DNA of 64,000 bases. It comes from a virus. Its lineage: Duplodnaviria; Caudoviricetes. Numbering within the stretch: the first letter of the stretch is position 1; every line of letters begins with the position of its first letter. Positions 59,544 to 64,000 of the stretch are shown in pieces. The notes below the pieces were generated by a model. It did not search any database and was not told the DNA's origin. It worked only from the letters and a program-made list of their open reading frames with translations. The stretch lies in IMG/VR virus record IMGVR_UViG_3300023179_000059, positions 25,759 to 89,758 of that record; one strand, given 5' to 3'. The translations under genes and the position numbers were made by a program.

Positions 59544-60422
59544 TCAAGCACAAATAACATCCCTGTTCTTTTGGATGACAGTATTTACCTTATTGATCTT
59601 TGCAGTAATTTCCTCAACCCATTCACGATTACGCTTCTTTGTATTCATATACTGAATATCTTCTGTCGTAAGATGAACAACCTTATCAAATACAGATGTA
59701 AATTCTGCAACCACTTCATATCGACAGCAACGAAGCTTTTGAAACTTAGAATCAGATGGAACACTCACAACGTCACGCGGATTAACCTTACAAATCATAA
59801 GGCGATTTCCGCCATCATTATCATCATCTTCATCATCAATCTTAATTCCACCATAACTCTTTGCATAATCAATTGCACCAACGTGTAGACCATGACCACA
59901 ACCATTTTCACGATTGCTATCTACCTTACTACGAGGAACAGAACAAACGCTACCAACACTATTATCAAACGTTCCAGAATACATATCTTTATAATCATTC
60001 TTAACAGCCTTATATGCTAGAAAACATCCATCAGATGTAATTGGCATATTCTTATTCTTCATAAAGTCAAACAGTTCAACAATAGCATGATCAGATGGAT
60101 TCTGACTCATATTATCAAGGAAATTAAGCATTGGCTCAAACGGAAATCCCTGCTTAATCATATCAATGATAGTATCACCAAACATATTTGGCATCTTAAT
60201 ACCATCCCACATTAGATTATTACCATCACAAGCAATATATCCTTCGCAGAAATTATTGATATGAGAAACAACATCATAGTAAGCCTCAAACATCTCAATA
60301 TTATTCTTCTTAAGACAATTTACAAGCTTATCATAGTTAGGATGAGACTTACCAAAAAAGTAACTCTGATTACTAACAATCGCACTAACATTACCATCAT
60401 TTGCTATAATATACTTCATCAT
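59544..60422 (-). CDS. rIIB: RIIB-like protein
   Basis: FLAYKAV, GLHVG..Y, KVNPRDVVSVP.D..KLRCCRY. Confidence 0.85.
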   Translation of the reverse strand: MMKYIIANDGNVSAIVSNQSYFFGKSHPNYDKLVNCLKKNNIEMFEAYYDVVSHINNFCEGYIACDGNNLMWDGIKMPNMFGDTIIDMIKQGFPFEPMLNFLDNMSQNPSDHAIVELFDFMKNKNMPITSDGCFLAYKAVKNDYKDMYSGTFDNSVGSVCSVPRSKVDSNRENGCGHGLHVGAIDYAKSYGGIKIDDEDDDNDGGNRLMICKVNPRDVVSVPSDSKFQKLRCCRYEVVAEFTSVFDKVVHLTTEDIQYMNTKKRNREWVEEITAKINKVNTVIQKNRDVICA

Positions 60423-62549
60423 TCACTCCTTATTAAGAACAGAAACTTGTTCAATGCTATCAATATAGTCGGCAATAATTTGCCTATCCTCATCAGAGTA
60501 AGGCACATTACGAATTACCTGCAAAATTTTATACTTAGACATTTCCTTATCAAATCGTGGAGCAAAACGATCATCCACAAAATTACTATCTCTACCGGGA
60601 AACGTAAACCTAAAAGAACTAGCCATTTGCCTTATGACTTCAACCTTCTCACAAATGTTGTCCAATCGAGATACGTATTCATTATACTCAGAAATCACGT
60701 TTTTTACAACAGATGGATTTTTAGTCATATTGATAACCTCTACCCATCTAGTTGAAAACTTATCAGAAAGAGTCTGGCGATTCATTACATCATAAATATC
60801 TTGATGATTGTAAGAAATGATATCAGTCAAAATCTTTCTTACAAATTCATATCCTAAGTGCCAATTCGACCTTTCGTCCAGCTTCCTATTCTTTGCAACA
60901 GATGGCTTGACAATATAAAATGTCTTCCCTTCCACTTCATCATTGTGATTATCGTGTATGTAAGACAAGATCTTTTCAAGATAATAAATCTGTACAACAC
61001 CATAAGATGAAGAAGAAATATGAACCTCACCCTTTGACTCTGTAAAATAATATGCATTTTTATATTTTACACTCATCGCACACTCTTCAAAGCAACCAGA
61101 TTCTTCATTGAAAACTTGGGCTTGAATCATTGGCCCTCCGTTTCCGCCAGAAGAATTACGATTATATTCTACCTTGGGAAGATTAGATGTAAATACAACA
61201 TCGTCCTTTGTCGCTCCACCAAGTATATCATATAGTCTACAGTTATCAACTGTTTCTGAATCCCCCAACTTATAAAAGTAACATGCAACATTATTACTGA
61301 ATTCTTTAATGTATTGCTTTGTGCGACTAATTCCTCCGCGTGGAAGATCATCGACAACAAATTTAACAGCATTTGTAAAGTGTATACGGTTAGTGTCTAT
61401 CTTCATATCAATCTTAGAACGATATGACGACTTCTCAAAAAGTTTAACTGTCATATTTGGAATGTCAATACTTTCAGACACAATATTATCAAACAGTTTT
61501 TGATCATTCCAAACTATTGACTTCATGAGAGATTCCATAGCGGTCTTTACAGACATGCACTGATCAGAAATCTGCACATACTTACTTCGTGCCTTAAACA
61601 GAGTAGGCTGACTTTTAATTTCATGCTCAATCTGTGTTGCAATATCGTCCAATATCTTAGAGATAATATTATTGATATTGATCTTAGTCTGCTTGCTATA
61701 AGAAAGAGACTCACGACTTGGAGTGATATCAACATCTCCAATATTAACAATGATCCTAAGACCACTAGAATATTCAACAAATCTACTGTGCTTCTTAGAT
61801 GAATCAATTCCATCAACTATAATTTGATTATGGTCGATAGGATATGCAATTTGTCCCATGATGATATAGTTCTTATCGTCATTATCATCAAAGTACCAGT
61901 TATCACCATTAAGAGTCTTATTCTCAGCATCGTAATAAATTTCTTCGCCAATAAAATTTGGTCTAACATTGAAGAATTCATAGACCTTACGTGCCTCACG
62001 CACAAAACGATCTATGTCATACTCATTGACACTAATTGAAACCTTAATGCCATTTGCTTCATTGGTTTCGCTGGTATCCATCAAAGAAAATACGGGATTA
62101 CCGTCCTCATTCTTATAAGCATTATAAAGACGGCGAGTACCATCAAGATATGCTTCAACAGTAAAACTATCACCATATGCAAATGGTGCCTTACTGCCAA
62201 GACCCAAGCAACCAACAGCGTCATTACTATTATTACGTGTGCTACGAAAATAAGTAGTATAAAGTTCCATACAATGTTCATGACTCATGCTGGTGCCGTA
62301 GTCACGAATATAAAATATAGGATTAAGCCTAGTTGGAAGATGAACGTCAAATTGAACATCTTTCTTGCCAGCATCTACATGAGAATCGTAAGCATTAGTA
62401 GAAAGCTCACGAACTACTGCAAGGATCTTATTAGAATAAAGACCATCAGAAAGAATAAAGAAAGCCTTGGCAGATGCCTCGATACTAAACTGGCTTTCCT
62501 CAAAATCACCAGACTTTTCAATCGTATTAATACCAGCATGAAGTTTCAT
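60423..62549 (-). CDS. rIIA: RIIA-like protein (GHKL ATPase N-domain)
   Basis: LYSNK..VRELSTNAYD, IRDYG, GCLGLGSKAPFAY; directly upstream of rIIB. Confidence 0.85.
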   Translation of the reverse strand: MKLHAGINTIEKSGDFEESQFSIEASAKAFFILSDGLYSNKILAVVRELSTNAYDSHVDAGKKDVQFDVHLPTRLNPIFYIRDYGTSMSHEHCMELYTTYFRSTRNNSNDAVGCLGLGSKAPFAYGDSFTVEAYLDGTRRLYNAYKNEDGNPVFSLMDTSETNEANGIKVSISVNEYDIDRFVREARKVYEFFNVRPNFIGEEIYYDAENKTLNGDNWYFDDNDDKNYIIMGQIAYPIDHNQIIVDGIDSSKKHSRFVEYSSGLRIIVNIGDVDITPSRESLSYSKQTKININNIISKILDDIATQIEHEIKSQPTLFKARSKYVQISDQCMSVKTAMESLMKSIVWNDQKLFDNIVSESIDIPNMTVKLFEKSSYRSKIDMKIDTNRIHFTNAVKFVVDDLPRGGISRTKQYIKEFSNNVACYFYKLGDSETVDNCRLYDILGGATKDDVVFTSNLPKVEYNRNSSGGNGGPMIQAQVFNEESGCFEECAMSVKYKNAYYFTESKGEVHISSSSYGVVQIYYLEKILSYIHDNHNDEVEGKTFYIVKPSVAKNRKLDERSNWHLGYEFVRKILTDIISYNHQDIYDVMNRQTLSDKFSTRWVEVINMTKNPSVVKNVISEYNEYVSRLDNICEKVEVIRQMASSFRFTFPGRDSNFVDDRFAPRFDKEMSKYKILQVIRNVPYSDEDRQIIADYIDSIEQVSVLNKE

Positions 62550-62594
62550 TAACGCTATCTCCTATACAAGTGCTTGATCGCTGACTGTGCTTTT

Positions 62595-62623
62595 ATTCTA
62601 CACTACTGTATCGTCATTGTCAA
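62595..62623 (-). promoter_or_regulatory. Strong sigma70 early promoter TTGACA-N17-TAGAAT
   Basis: Spacer atgacgatacagtagtg; AGGAG RBS before rIIA. Confidence 0.8.
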
Positions 62624-62642
62624 GTAGCCAACTTGAAAATTT

Positions 62643-62861
62643 TCACAAATCGTACATATCGTCAAATCTATCTTGTAAAAAATTCCGTATTTGTAAAAAT
62701 TCTTTATTTCTTTTTTTTGCACATTCTAAGTTTTTTGATTTATAATGAATTAATTCGACTTGCATTACTTCTTTATATAATGAGATTATATCCTGTATTA
62801 ATTTTTTATTTTCTATATCTAATTCAGTTAAGTTTTTTTCATTAATCATTTTATTTTCCAT
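62643..62861 (-). CDS. Hypothetical 72 aa protein
   Basis: Coupled ORF. Confidence 0.4.
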   Translation of the reverse strand: MENKMINEKNLTELDIENKKLIQDIISLYKEVMQVELIHYKSKNLECAKKRNKEFLQIRNFLQDRFDDMYDL

Positions 62862-63123
62862 CTAAAGGATAATAACTATTTAAATTAGCATCACAATTTA
62901 AGAATGAATATCTTCTTTCTTTCAGAAATTTTATAGTACTTTTAAAGCATGATTCACATAAATGTATTTCATATTCTTTGCCGTCCATAGTTGATCCATA
63001 TCCCCACACCGCTTCTATCGAGGCATATTCGTGACCAAAGTTTTCATACGAGCAAGATCCGCCACAAATATCACAAATTATTTCTGCTAAAACATCAACA
63101 CTTTTCTTTTTGAACCTTTTCAT
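62851..63123 (-). CDS. Small Zn-binding protein
   Basis: CDICGGSC..LCESC. Confidence 0.55.
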   Translation of the reverse strand: MKRFKKKSVDVLAEIICDICGGSCSYENFGHEYASIEAVWGYGSTMDGKEYEIHLCESCFKSTIKFLKERRYSFLNCDANLNSYYPLDGK

Positions 63124-63124
63124 A

Positions 63125-63457
63125 TTACCATACGTTCCTATAAATTCCGGGTTCTAATTTAGGCTCATACGGTTTAATTAACCATCCCAAATTTAGTAAG
63201 TCATTAGATATTTCTGGCGTTACAACACTCTCATTTCCACTACAATAAAAATCCATATAACCTTCACCAATATTTCTTATATCGGCCACTATTCCACCAG
63301 CCTGTCTCCACGAACAAGTCCATTCTTCGTCACTTTTAAAAAATCTATTATTACAAAGAGCAGCATAAAGATTTTGAGCATACTTAGAGTTCTTGCATTT
63401 GGATACTATCCAATCTGTTTTGAATAAATCATACTCTAAATCTGCTTTCATGTCCAT
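63125..63457 (-). CDS. Conserved phage hypothetical protein
   Basis: YAQNLYAALCNN..WTCSWR.AGGIVAD..YMDFYCSGNE; AGGAG RBS. Confidence 0.6.
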   Translation of the reverse strand: MDMKADLEYDLFKTDWIVSKCKNSKYAQNLYAALCNNRFFKSDEEWTCSWRQAGGIVADIRNIGEGYMDFYCSGNESVVTPEISNDLLNLGWLIKPYEPKLEPGIYRNVW

Positions 63458-63999
63458 AAATGACTCCTAATCTTAATTAGTTCGATCAACTTGTCAGTAT
63501 CTTCTCTTTCGTAACTTCTTTCCATATCATCTATTAAACGATAGTAATGTTTACCATGAGTTGTTTTTGTGATAATATCATAAGGATCATCTCGATTGGG
63601 TCTAGTTTTAGTCCACCACTCATACAATTCTCGTATTTTAATTGATGCTTCTGCTTGCGGAGTCAATTTATTATAATCTGGATCATTAGGGTCGCATCCA
63701 TAGTCTTCTTCATTAAATCTTAAATTACTTGACCACTCAAAATAATCGTATGCTGCCTCAACAGATCGGCCATTTTTAAAAGTGTACTTTTTATTTCGAT
63801 CCCATTTGCTTAGGTGGGACAGTTCTTTCTCTACAAATTCTACTAATTCATTAAATAAGCCGTGCAGAATTCGTGTATCAAGATCGTACCATTGTCCTTT
63901 TTTTAGACCTGTTTTTAGATTGTGTGTTTGTGTTATATATCTATTACGAACATAGCATTTTATGCTATAGCAAAGATCAGATGGATAACAAACTAGATT
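63448..63999 (-). CDS. Hypothetical protein, 5' end outside the window
   Basis: Frame is open from the window end through TTG 63666 (..GQWYDLDTRILHGLFNELVEFVEKE..). Confidence 0.6.
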   Translation of the reverse strand, partial: NLVCYPSDLCYSIKCYVRNRYITQTHNLKTGLKKGQWYDLDTRILHGLFNELVEFVEKELSHLSKWDRNKKYTFKNGRSVEAAYDYFEWSSNLRFNEEDYGCDPNDPDYNKLTPQAEASIKIRELYEWWTKTRPNRDDPYDIITKTTHGKHYYRLIDDMERSYEREDTDKLIELIKIRSHLWT

Positions 64000-64000
64000 T

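Noticed and set aside
175-62845. Numerous short antisense or nested ORFs in the track (e.g. 175-495, 11054-11455, 43016-43279, 46540-46881, 60261-60755)
   Set aside because: They are shadows of well-supported genes on the other strand or frame, lack RBS and motifs, and conflict with the strand-block organisation.
1-64000. CRISPR array, tRNA/rRNA genes, DGR or integrase
   Set aside because: No spaced direct repeats, cloverleaf, reverse transcriptase or recombinase motifs seen. Intergenic gaps are short and explained by promoters and terminators. A tRNAscan-SE/Infernal run would confirm.

Overview
AT-rich segment of a large lytic tailed dsDNA (jumbo-type) phage genome, standard genetic code. 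Bases 1-12.4 kb (+) hold large putative virion/tail genes and end at a bidirectional terminator. Bases 12.4-64 kb are read entirely on the minus strand. They carry: recombination genes (Rad52-like, RecA, PD-(D/E)XK nucleases); a ~10 kb glycan-modification cluster; a replisome (primase, DnaB, two SSBs, and a DnaE split into two genes around a DnaQ exonuclease and an HNH gene, with an HNH intein in the C-terminal half); nucleotide metabolism (NrdAB, dUTPase, dNMP kinase, dCMP deaminase, GMP reductase, NDT-like, PhoH); a phage sigma factor; and rIIA/rIIB. Three features stand out. (1) A lysis-like cassette with no recognisable peptidoglycan hydrolase: a TM+PAS protein, a holin-like protein, a papain-family protease whose catalytic Cys is blocked by a frameshifted LAGLIDADG intein, and lipoprotein/membrane genes. 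(2) A Tat-exported DUF1501 gene inside nrdAB, hinting at a Planctomycetota-like host. (3) The intein-free DnaE split. Family assignments come from motif recognition by eye, not database searches. No tRNA, rRNA or CRISPR array was seen.
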